A stretch of 64,000 bases of DNA from Vicinamibacteria bacterium (lineage in GTDB: Bacteria > Acidobacteriota > Vicinamibacteria > Marinacidobacterales > Marinacidobacteraceae). A program made the translations under genes and the position numbers. The notes beneath the pieces were generated by a model. It did not search any database and was not told where the DNA came from. It saw nothing but the letters and a program-made list of their open reading frames with translations. Below, piece after piece: positions 55,920-64,000 of the stretch (positions are counted from its first letter, which is position 1; every line of letters begins with the position of its first letter). Location of the stretch: NCBI GenBank assembly GCA_964291235.2, contig OZ219816.1, positions 1,344,001 through 1,408,000 on the forward strand, read 5' to 3'.

Positions 55920-56933
55920 GTGGAGCGCCTCCGCACCGTCTTTCTCGGGACTTCCGTATTTGCGGAACCGGCGCTTCGCGCCCTGCACACCCGCCACCAG
56001 GTGGCAGCGGCGATCACCCAGCCGGATCGCCCGGCAGGCAGAAATCACCAGCCGCGCCTCAGCCGAATCAAGCGCCTGGCGCTCACCTTGGGGATCCCGG
56101 TACTGCAGCCGGGGCGCATTCGGCGCCGGAACGCCTGGGAACCGCTCCGGGAACTCGCGCCCGATGTCCTGGTCGTAGCTGACTATGGGCAGATTCTTCC
56201 GGCCGGGCTCCTCGCGGTGCCGCGGCTCGGATCGGTCAATGTCCACGCCTCGCTGCTTCCCGAACTGCGGGGCGCCGCACCCGCCATCTGGGCCGTGGCC
56301 CGCGGTCTTCGCCGGACTGGAGTCACAACGATGCTCATGGACGCCGGACTGGATACCGGCCCGGTCCTGCTCCAACGGGATACGGAGGTTGGGGCGACCG
56401 AAACCGGGGGTGAACTCCTCGCCCGGCTCGCTCCGATGGGCGCCGACCTGCTGCTCGCCACCCTCGCCGGACTCGCCGCCGGGCAGATCACGCCGCGCCC
56501 TCAAGACGACGAGGACGCCACGTTCGCTCCGCGCGTCCAAAAGGCCGACGCCGCACTGGACTGGAACGAGAAAGCTCCGTCACTGGTCAATCACGTCCGC
56601 GCTTTCTCTCCGGCGCCGGTGGCCTTCACCGCGTTTCCCGGCGATCCGCACACTCCCCCGGGCTCCTTGTTCCGTATACATCGGGCGACCGCCGAGAGCG
56701 CCCCCGTTCCGGGCGCGCGGCCGCCGGGTTCGTTCTGGGTTTCGGGCCCGAAACGCGCCCCCCGCCTGGCGATCGCCTGCGGCGAGGGAACCACCCTCTG
56801 GCCGCTCGAGGTGCAGGCCGCCGGCCGGCGACGCCTGCCCATCGCCGACTTCCTCCGCGGCAATCCGTTCGCCCCGGACGGCGGCCGGTTCCCGGAAGCG
56901 GCGGAAGCCGTCCGCCTGGCGCAAGGCAGCTGA
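55920..56933 (+). CDS. fmt: Methionyl-tRNA formyltransferase
   Basis: TQPDRPAGR, NVHASLLPELRGAAP, MDAGLDTG; follows def. Confidence 0.94.
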   Translation: MERLRTVFLGTSVFAEPALRALHTRHQVAAAITQPDRPAGRNHQPRLSRIKRLALTLGIPVLQPGRIRRRNAWEPLRELAPDVLVVADYGQILPAGLLAVPRLGSVNVHASLLPELRGAAPAIWAVARGLRRTGVTTMLMDAGLDTGPVLLQRDTEVGATETGGELLARLAPMGADLLLATLAGLAAGQITPRPQDDEDATFAPRVQKADAALDWNEKAPSLVNHVRAFSPAPVAFTAFPGDPHTPPGSLFRIHRATAESAPVPGARPPGSFWVSGPKRAPRLAIACGEGTTLWPLEVQAAGRRRLPIADFLRGNPFAPDGGRFPEAAEAVRLAQGS

Positions 56934-56936
56934 CCG

Positions 56937-57830
56937 GTGAGGACCTGGCTCCGGCGTGCCGCCCTGGCGCTGCTTGCCATGGTGGCGTTGCTCGCCCTCG
57001 GCTACGGCGTGCTCCTCCTCGTTGCGAACTCCCGTCCGGCGGGCACGACGCATTCCTTCTTCAGCACGCCAGCGCTCAATCTCGCCCACCGCGGAGGTGG
57101 CCGGCTGGCGCCGGAAGCCACCCTGGCGGCATTCGACGCCGCGGTGGCCGCCGGCGCCGACGTCCTCGAAATGGACGTCCGGCGCACCCTGGACGGCGCG
57201 CTGGTCGTGATCCATGACTCCACCGTGGACCGGACTACCGACGGGAGCGGTCCGGTGGCCTCCTTCCGCCTCGATGAGCTCCGCGCCCTGAATGCCGGAT
57301 CCAACTTCCGGGCTGCGGACGGAACTTTCCCCTACCGCCGCGAGACCCTCGTGGTGCCGACTTTCGAGGAAGTCCAAAACGCCCATCCCGACCTCCGTTT
57401 CGTCGTCGAGATGAAAACCCCCGACACTGCCGGGCCACTGTGCGAAGCCATCGCGGCAGCGGGCCGCGAGGCGCTCACCTTGGTCGCCGCTTTCGACCGC
57501 GACTCACTGGAGCACTTCCGCAGCGTGTGCCCGGATGTCGCGACCGGGGGTTCGTTCGGCGAGGTCGTGACTTTTGTGGCCCTTGCCCTCGGGGGACTGA
57601 GCGGCCTCTACGACCCGCCGTTCGACGCGCTGCTGGTCAGCGAAATCAGTGGCCCCCTGCGGGTGGTGACGCCCCGCTTCCTCCGCGCAACCCGCCGGGC
57701 GGGCCTTCCGGTGATCGTCTGGACCGTGAACCGGCGCGCGGACATGGAGCGTCTCTTGGCCCTGGGAGTCGACGGAGTCCTGACCGATGACCCGGCAACT
57801 CTCGCGGCGGTGATCGCCGCGCCGCGCTGA
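56937..57830 (+). CDS. Glycerophosphodiester phosphodiesterase, membrane-anchored
   Basis: AHRGG, EMDVRRTLDG, IHD, EMK, WTVN, GVDGVLTDDP. Confidence 0.9.
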   Translation: MRTWLRRAALALLAMVALLALGYGVLLLVANSRPAGTTHSFFSTPALNLAHRGGGRLAPEATLAAFDAAVAAGADVLEMDVRRTLDGALVVIHDSTVDRTTDGSGPVASFRLDELRALNAGSNFRAADGTFPYRRETLVVPTFEEVQNAHPDLRFVVEMKTPDTAGPLCEAIAAAGREALTLVAAFDRDSLEHFRSVCPDVATGGSFGEVVTFVALALGGLSGLYDPPFDALLVSEISGPLRVVTPRFLRATRRAGLPVIVWTVNRRADMERLLALGVDGVLTDDPATLAAVIAAPR

Positions 57831-57831
57831 C

Positions 57832-59250
57832 ATGTCAGGACCGCGGCGGAAGGCGTCCGGCGCGCCGCGAACCGGCAAGCCCACCGGCGCGGCACAACCC
57901 GCTTCGCCGGCTCGGCGCGCCGCCTTCTCGGTCCTTTTGCGCCTCGAACCGACGAAAGACCGCCTGCCTCCCCGCCCCGACGCCCTCATCGCCCGCCTCG
58001 AGGACGCCGAAGGAAAGCCTCCGAGCGACCGTGACCGGGCGCTCGCGCGCGAACTCATCTTCGGGGTGCTGCGCTGGCGGCGCGGCCTCGATTACGCGCT
58101 CGACACGTACTCGAGGCGCCCCATCCACAAACTTGATCTCCCGGTCCGTACCGCCCTCCGGCTAGGGCTCTACCAGCTTCGGTTTCTGGACCGGGTGCCA
58201 GCCAGCGCCGCGGTCCACGAATCGGTATCGCTCGCCGCCGCCCACGCACGGCCAGGGGCCGCAGGCCTGGTCAACGCGGTGCTCCGGGCCTATCTGCGGG
58301 CGGATCACCCGTGGCCCCATCGTGGCGGTGACCGAAATCTGTACCTCCGCGCCGGTCTCTCGCATCCGGACTGGCTCGTCGAGCGCTACCAGCGCCAGCT
58401 CGGGTACGACCGCGCCAGACGACGACTCGAAGCGAACAATCGGCCTCCCGTGGTCTTCTTGCGGGTGAGCCGGGGCAGCGATCTTGACGAAACGCGGCGA
58501 CGGCTGGAGGAAGACGGCATCGCGACCGAGCGCTTTCCCCTCGCGCCGCGCTGCCTCAAGGTAACGGGCGGGAATCCCCAGAACTCGCCGCTCTACCGGG
58601 AAGGCCGGTTTCATATTCAGGATGCGGGATCGCAACTCGTTGCCTGGCTGCTTCCCCTCAATGGAGCTCGCCGGTGTCTCGATGCCTGCGCTGCTCCCGG
58701 AGGCAAGGCGACCATCCTGGCCGAACGAATCGCGCCGCGGCGCCTGGTCGCCGCCGATGTGCGCCCCGCTCGCGTGACCTTGCTCGGGACGACGGCCGAG
58801 CGGCTCTCCGCAGACAATCTTCTCCGCTTGGCGGCCGACGCGTCCCGGCCCCCGTTCCCGGCGGGAACGTTCGACCGCGTGTTGCTCGACGTTCCCTGCA
58901 GCGGCCTCGGAACCATCCCGAGGAACCCCGACATCAAGTGGACCGCCTCGCGCGAACGTCTGCGGAATCTCGCGGACAGCGCCGGCCGGATCGCCCGGTC
59001 GGCCATCAACCTGCTTCGCCCCGGCGGAATGCTCCTCTACTCCACCTGCTCGCTGGAGCCGGAAGAAACGACCGGCGCGGTCCACGGCCTGCTCGCGGAG
59101 ACCGCCGGCCTCCGGCAGATATCCCTGGCCGACCGGCTGCCGGAAGCTCTGGTTCCCCTCGTGGACGACGATGGCGCCCTTTCGGTGGCGCCCGAAGATC
59201 ATGGAACCGATGGCTATTTCGCCGCGCTCCTGGAGCGGCCGGGTGACTGA
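57832..59250 (+). CDS. rsmB: 16S rRNA m5C967 methyltransferase RsmB
   Basis: NusB-like N-domain, SHPDWL, DACAAPGGK, DVPCSGLG, YSTCS. Confidence 0.93.
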   Translation: MSGPRRKASGAPRTGKPTGAAQPASPARRAAFSVLLRLEPTKDRLPPRPDALIARLEDAEGKPPSDRDRALARELIFGVLRWRRGLDYALDTYSRRPIHKLDLPVRTALRLGLYQLRFLDRVPASAAVHESVSLAAAHARPGAAGLVNAVLRAYLRADHPWPHRGGDRNLYLRAGLSHPDWLVERYQRQLGYDRARRRLEANNRPPVVFLRVSRGSDLDETRRRLEEDGIATERFPLAPRCLKVTGGNPQNSPLYREGRFHIQDAGSQLVAWLLPLNGARRCLDACAAPGGKATILAERIAPRRLVAADVRPARVTLLGTTAERLSADNLLRLAADASRPPFPAGTFDRVLLDVPCSGLGTIPRNPDIKWTASRERLRNLADSAGRIARSAINLLRPGGMLLYSTCSLEPEETTGAVHGLLAETAGLRQISLADRLPEALVPLVDDDGALSVAPEDHGTDGYFAALLERPGD

Positions 59251-59341
59251 ATCGTCCCGGACGATCCGCGCGCCGCGGTCCGCGCCGGCGAACGTCTTGA
59301 ACAGCGTCGGGCACTAAACTTGCCGGCGGGAATATCAGCCC

Positions 59342-60106
59342 GTGGGCAACTTTCGGATCCGTTGGCGACGTGGTGCGCGTCCGTCCACGTCCCGGCTCTC
59401 GCGTGGCCTGTATTACGTGATGATGGGGGCCCTGCTCGGCGCCACGTTTGCCTTTGCGGCGGCGGCCACCTTCCTGATCGCGTCGGCGGCGGCGGACCCC
59501 GCTGTCCCGGACCTCACCGGCCTCGAGGTCCCGACCGCGGAGACCTTGCTCGGCGGTGTCGGGCTTCGTCTTGCCGAGGGGGAGGCGCGTTTCGATGACC
59601 AGGTTCCCGAGGGAAGGATCGTCTTTCAGGAGCCACCGCCCGGTGCCTCCTTCAAGCGCGGGCGTTCGGTCCAGGTGTTCCGCAGCCTGGGCCCGACCCG
59701 CCGGGTGGTGCCGCGGCTCGAAGGGAGCACGCTCACGGAGGCGCGCCGGCAACTCGAGGCCGCTGAACTCACCGTGGGCCGCGTCGCGGAGGTCGAAAGC
59801 GACACCTATCTCGCGGGGCGGGTAATTGCTCAATCCCCCGTGGCGTACTCTGAAACAGTTCCCAGCACTGCGGTCTCGGTCCTCCTTTCGTCCGGTTCGG
59901 AGCCCGAGTCCTTCGTGATGCCCGACTTCATCGGCCGCCGCTACGGAGACATCGCCGATGACCTGAGCCGGGGGGCCGTCCGGGTGCGCGATGTCCGCAG
60001 CGTGCCCTACCGCGGTGTCCCGGCCGGAATCGTCGTGGACCAGGTGCCCACGGCGGGCGCGAAGGTCAGTCGAAACGACCGGATCGTGCTCACCCTCAGT
60101 CGGTAG
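59342..60106 (+). CDS. PASTA-domain protein (one TM plus three PASTA repeats, no kinase domain)
   Basis: VPDLTG, VPRLEG and MPDFIG repeat starts with VIAQSP-type motifs; start uncertain. Confidence 0.85.
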   Translation: MGNFRIRWRRGARPSTSRLSRGLYYVMMGALLGATFAFAAAATFLIASAAADPAVPDLTGLEVPTAETLLGGVGLRLAEGEARFDDQVPEGRIVFQEPPPGASFKRGRSVQVFRSLGPTRRVVPRLEGSTLTEARRQLEAAELTVGRVAEVESDTYLAGRVIAQSPVAYSETVPSTAVSVLLSSGSEPESFVMPDFIGRRYGDIADDLSRGAVRVRDVRSVPYRGVPAGIVVDQVPTAGAKVSRNDRIVLTLSR

Positions 60107-60108
60107 AG

Positions 60109-60765
60109 TTGCCAAGCCGGATGCGGATCACCCCTTCCCTGCTTGCCGCCGACTTCACTCGCCTGGCGGACGAGATCCGGACGGTGGAAGAAGCCGGGGC
60201 ACACGGGCTGCATCTGGACGTCATGGATGGACACTACGTCCCGAATCTGACGTTCGGGCCTCTCGTGGTGGCTGCGGTCCGACGCTGTACCGACCTGCCG
60301 CTCGATGCCCACCTGATGATCGATAACGCCCCGGACCACATCCGGGCCTACGCGGAAGCCGGCGCCGACGCCATCGCGGTGCACCCCGAAGCCGTGCCCC
60401 ACCTCCACAAGACAATCTCCGATCTGCGCGCTCTCGAAGTCCGGCCGGGGTTGGCCATCAACCCACTCACCCCCCTGGCATCGCTGGAGGAAGCCCTCGC
60501 CGCCGTGGACTACGCGATCGTGATGTCCGTCAATCCCGGTTGGGGAGGCCAGCGTTTCATCGAGGGAAGCATGGAGCGCATCCGCCAGGTGCGCAAGCTT
60601 GCCGAGGGACGGCAGCGACCCCTCGAAATCGTGGTGGACGGCGGCATCAATGCCGCCCGGGTCGCGGCCGCGCGCGAGGCCGGAGCGGACGTGGTGGTGG
60701 CGGGATCGGCGGTCTTCGGAGCGGCCGATCCGGCGGCAGCCGTTCGGGAGATACTGGCAGCGTGA
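60109..60765 (+). CDS. rpe: Ribulose-phosphate 3-epimerase
   Basis: PSLLAADF, HLDVMDGHYVPNLTFG, DAHLMI, MSVNPG, VDGGI. Confidence 0.96.
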   Translation: MPSRMRITPSLLAADFTRLADEIRTVEEAGAHGLHLDVMDGHYVPNLTFGPLVVAAVRRCTDLPLDAHLMIDNAPDHIRAYAEAGADAIAVHPEAVPHLHKTISDLRALEVRPGLAINPLTPLASLEEALAAVDYAIVMSVNPGWGGQRFIEGSMERIRQVRKLAEGRQRPLEIVVDGGINAARVAAAREAGADVVVAGSAVFGAADPAAAVREILAA

Positions 60766-60862
60766 CAGGACCTCCCGCCGGCGAGGGGGTCTCGGCGCGG
60801 ACCCGGGCGCGGACGGCCGCCGCCGGCGGCGAACTCGCGCCCAAACCCTCGATCGTCGGTCC

Positions 60863-61306
60863 TTGACGCCTCCAGACGACCTGCTGGCCTCACCGGCCGG
60901 CGCGACCCGGGTCCCGATCCGGGTTCGCTACGCCGAGACCGACCAGATGGGGGTGGGCTATCACGGGGCGTACCTTCCGTGGTTGGAGGTGGCGCGCACC
61001 GGCTGGCTCCGGAGACACGCCATGCCGTATCGGGAACTGGAGGCGAGCGGTTTCCATTTTCCGGTGATCGAAGTTCGGTGCCGCTACCTGCGGGCCGTGC
61101 ACTACGACGACGACCTGATCGTCGAAGCTGCGGCGGTCCCCTACCGGCGTTCCGGCATCGGCTTTCGCTATCGAATCCTGCGCCCTTCCGACGGAACGCT
61201 CGTGGCGACCGCCGAAACCCGCCACGCCACGGTAGGATCGGACGGAAGGGCGCGCCGCCTGCCCGAACCGGTGCGGCGGGCGCTGCTCGCGACAGTCACT
61301 GCGTGA
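60863..61306 (+). CDS. Acyl-CoA thioesterase, YbgC/4HBT family
   Basis: RVRYAETDQMGVGYHGAYLPWLEVAR hot-dog motif; start approximate (TTG 60863). Confidence 0.88.
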   Translation: MTPPDDLLASPAGATRVPIRVRYAETDQMGVGYHGAYLPWLEVARTGWLRRHAMPYRELEASGFHFPVIEVRCRYLRAVHYDDDLIVEAAAVPYRRSGIGFRYRILRPSDGTLVATAETRHATVGSDGRARRLPEPVRRALLATVTA

Positions 61307-61363
61307 AGCGATCCTGGTCAAACGCTAGCATTTCGTCCGCGGCGGTATCCGCCGCCTGTCCGC

Positions 61364-62173
61364 ATGGATTCTGACTCCCCAAGGCCCACTCCCCTGCCCC
61401 TTCGCACCCCTGTCCTCGCGGCCGCCATCGTCCTGCTTGGCCTCGCGTGCAGTTCCCGCCAGCTGGCGGAGGTGCCCACCGGGGCGCAGGCCGATCGGCG
61501 GCTCCTTGCCCTTGGCCAGCAAAGTCTCGAGGACCGGGATTGGAACACCGCCCGCACCTGGTTCCGTCAGTTGCTCGACAGCTACCCCCGGAGCCAGTTC
61601 GCCGGCGACGCCAGGCTGGGCATCGCGGACACCTACAACAACCAGCGCGGCGCTCAAAACGCCCTGCTCGCCGCCACCGAGTACCGGGACTACCTGACGT
61701 TCTTCCCGAATCACCCAAGGGCCGATTACGCTCAGTTTCAGATCGCCTACGGGCACTTCCAGCGCCGTCGCAGCGCCGACCGGGATCAGGAAGACACCCA
61801 GCTCGCGGCGGACGAATTCCAAAAGCTGCTCGAGCTGTATCCCAACTCCCGCTATGCCGAAGAGGCACGGGGCCATCTCGCGGAGTGCCAGAACGATCTC
61901 GCCACCTCGGTCCTCCTGAAGGCGGAGTTCTATCAGGATCACCGCAACTGGTGCCGGGGCGCCATTCCCCGGCTCGAGGACATCCTCACCGACTTTCCGG
62001 AGTTCGACCGGGTGGCCGAAGTACGCCACCGACTGGCGCAGGCGCTCACCCAGTGCGGCCGCGAGAAAGAGGCCCTGGTCCACTACCAGAAGATCGTGGA
62101 AGAGCACGCGGAGAGCCCCTACACCGACGGTGCCCGCGAGCGGATCCGCGAAATCCTCGCCCGAACCTCCTGA
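61364..62173 (+). CDS. bamD: Outer membrane protein assembly factor BamD
   Basis: Lipobox GLAC, TPRs, FPNHPRADYAQF, DRDQEDT, YPNSRYA. Confidence 0.9.
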   Translation: MDSDSPRPTPLPLRTPVLAAAIVLLGLACSSRQLAEVPTGAQADRRLLALGQQSLEDRDWNTARTWFRQLLDSYPRSQFAGDARLGIADTYNNQRGAQNALLAATEYRDYLTFFPNHPRADYAQFQIAYGHFQRRRSADRDQEDTQLAADEFQKLLELYPNSRYAEEARGHLAECQNDLATSVLLKAEFYQDHRNWCRGAIPRLEDILTDFPEFDRVAEVRHRLAQALTQCGREKEALVHYQKIVEEHAESPYTDGARERIREILARTS

Positions 62174-62276
62174 CCCCGTCCGGGCGGCGAGCGGCGCCGG
62201 CGAGGCGTTCGGCGCTCTGAAAGTGCCGGCCGCTCCCGGGCCGACGGCTCGGCGCCGCCAGTAGGGGAAATCCCGG

Positions 62277-62747
62277 TTAGAAACCGCTCCCGGGAGGGAT
62301 GGCGCTCTGAATCTCGGCGAAGCAATCGCCGCGATGGACCAGGATCCTGATGGCGGAATCCCGCTCGGGTCCGGCGTCCGGGGAAGCCGCCCTCGGCGCC
62401 GGTCGCGCCGCTACGACGATGTCACCGGCAACCAGGCCCGGTAGCAGCGTCTCCCGCCCCCGTTCGAGATCTCCCGGCCGCACCGCCACCCCGACGATCC
62501 GCCATCCCCGGATCTCCGAACGGCGGAAACGCTCGTCCACCAGCCCCGCGAGCGTCAGCTCATTTCCCCGGGCATCCCGGGTTGGCTGGAAACCCAGGAT
62601 GTCCACCTGCCGGTGGCGCTTTTCGCCGTAGAGAAATCCGCGACGCCCATCGAAACCGGCCGCCGCATCCGCTCCCACAAACACGTCCGGTACGGCGTGG
62701 ACCAGGCGGCGCGCCGCGATTGGCGCACCGGCGGCGGCTTCAGCCAG
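62277..62747 (-). CDS. Hypothetical protein downstream of pgsA
   Basis: Open frame filling the gap between pgsA and the convergent bamD; start codon unclear (CTG overlapping the pgsA stop, or TTG 62813). Confidence 0.5.
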   Translation of the reverse strand: MAEAAAGAPIAARRLVHAVPDVFVGADAAAGFDGRRGFLYGEKRHRQVDILGFQPTRDARGNELTLAGLVDERFRRSEIRGWRIVGVAVRPGDLERGRETLLPGLVAGDIVVAARPAPRAASPDAGPERDSAIRILVHRGDCFAEIQSAIPPGSGF

Positions 62748-63273
62748 AGAGCGCGACGCTTCGCGCCCCGGCGAAGTAGGAGAAGCCGGACCACGCGGTG
62801 AGCCCGGCCGCAACCCAGAGTCCCAGGGTCCCGAAGGGCGCCAGGGCCGGATAGAACGCCTCTGCCAGGACCAGGAGCGCCGCGTACACCTGGGCGTGCA
62901 TCTTGATTTTGCCCAACAGGTTTACCGGGACGCTGGCGCCGCGCTGCAACGCCACCATGCGCAGCGCCGTAACCGCGAACTCGCGTCCCACGATCACGAT
63001 GGCCACCCACGCCGGGCAGAGTTCCCGGGCCACGAGGCAGATGAAGATCGTGGAAATGAAGAACTTGTCCGCAATCGGGTCCAGCAGAGTCCCCAGTGCC
63101 GTGATCTGGTTGCGGCGGCGGGCAATATGCCCGTCGAGGAGGTCCGTCAGCGCCCCACCGGCAACCAGGCCGGCGCTCACCAGTTGCCAACCGGGGAAGG
63201 AGGCCAGAAGCGACACCGCCACAAAGGGAGTGACGAGAATTCGCAGTAACGTGAGACGGTTCGCCACGCTCAT
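62740..63273 (-). CDS. pgsA: CDP-diacylglycerol--glycerol-3-phosphate 3-phosphatidyltransferase
   Basis: ANRLTLLR, DLLDGHIARRRNQITALGTLLDPIADK, GREFAVTALR, GKIK. Confidence 0.88.
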   Translation of the reverse strand: MSVANRLTLLRILVTPFVAVSLLASFPGWQLVSAGLVAGGALTDLLDGHIARRRNQITALGTLLDPIADKFFISTIFICLVARELCPAWVAIVIVGREFAVTALRMVALQRGASVPVNLLGKIKMHAQVYAALLVLAEAFYPALAPFGTLGLWVAAGLTAWSGFSYFAGARSVALSG

Positions 63274-63409
63274 TTCGGGCTCACGTTCGAGGGAGTTCTC
63301 CGCGCCCGCAGCACGGTTACGGGATGCTATCAGGAGCCGGCCCGCCGTGGCCCGACTTCCAGGAGCCGCGTCGCTGCGCCACGGTGGGAGTATCCTGTCG
63401 GGTCATTCG

Positions 63410-64000
63410 ATGAAGGCGGTCATCCTGATCGGGGGGAAAGCGCTGCGGCTGCGCCCCCTTACGTTCCGCCGGCCCAAGGCGATCGTTCCCCTGCTGACGC
63501 GGCCCTTTCTCGCGACGCAGTTCGAATTGCTCCGACAAGCCGGTATCACCGATGTCATTCTCTGCCTCGCCTGGCTTCCCCGCCGGATCGAGGCGACCTT
63601 CGGTGACGGTACCGCGTTCGGGGTTTCGCTGCGGTACTCGGTCGAGCCGAAGCCACTCGGCACGGGAGGCGCCATCGGCCACGTGCGATCGCTCCTGTCC
63701 GAACCCTTCGTTTGCCTCAACGGCGACTCGCTGACCGACCTCGACGTCGCCGCGCTCATCCGCACTCACGAGGCCGCGCGGAGCACCCTGACGCTGGCGC
63801 TCAGCCCGGTGACGGATGCCTCGGAGTACGGAGTGGTCCGCACCGACGAGGCTGCGGAAGGGGAGCCGCGGCCGGTCGTCGCGTTCACCGAGAAGCCGGA
63901 CACGCGCGAGCCCGGCGATATCAGCATCGGAGCCTACGTCATGGATCCGAGCATTCTCGATTTCATTCCCGACACCGGCGCCTGCTCCCTGGAACACGAG
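63410..64000 (+). CDS. NDP-sugar pyrophosphorylase (mannose-1-phosphate guanylyltransferase-like), truncated by the window end
   Basis: Not in the ORF track because it has no stop in the window; manual translation MKAVILIGGKALRLRPLTFRRPKAIVP...EPKPLGTGGAI...LNGDSL...YGVV...FTEKP. Confidence 0.88.
   Translation, partial: MKAVILIGGKALRLRPLTFRRPKAIVPLLTRPFLATQFELLRQAGITDVILCLAWLPRRIEATFGDGTAFGVSLRYSVEPKPLGTGGAIGHVRSLLSEPFVCLNGDSLTDLDVAALIRTHEAARSTLTLALSPVTDASEYGVVRTDEAAEGEPRPVVAFTEKPDTREPGDISIGAYVMDPSILDFIPDTGACSLEHE

Overview
GC-rich, gene-dense chromosomal segment of a diderm bacterium. Gene order and protein types suggest Acidobacteriota or a similar lineage (inference only). Most of the window is housekeeping: miaB-recN; a complete tolQ-tolR-tolA-tolB-pal-cpoB operon ending in an unusual two-OB-fold ssb; a lexA-imuA-imuB-dnaE2 SOS mutagenesis cassette with a 1-nt frameshift in imuB and a palindromic candidate operator at lexA; a minus-strand run guaA-dnaE-accA-lptC/A-like-lptB-rpoN-EIIA(Man)-ptsH-ptsI; a giant orphan membrane histidine kinase with a coupled secreted protein; psd-pssA, tsaB and mutS; a TAXI-TRAP transporter; an antenna-type glutamate dehydrogenase; a DUF349-like protein and copA; def-fmt-GDPD-rsmB-PASTA-rpe-thioesterase-bamD; pgsA; and a truncated NDP-sugar pyrophosphorylase. 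I saw no rRNA, canonical tRNA, CRISPR array, prophage or transposase. Non-coding signals are a MITE-like family with GCAGCC(T/C)GTG..AAAG termini at three loci, a possible structured RNA between ssb and lexA, and several apparently leaderless promoters. The best candidate for something new is the 9.2-16.8 kb block (tandem-OB SSB, structured intergenic element, LexA with a non-canonical box, ImuA/ImuB/DnaE2). All calls come from motif recognition by eye; no searches were run.
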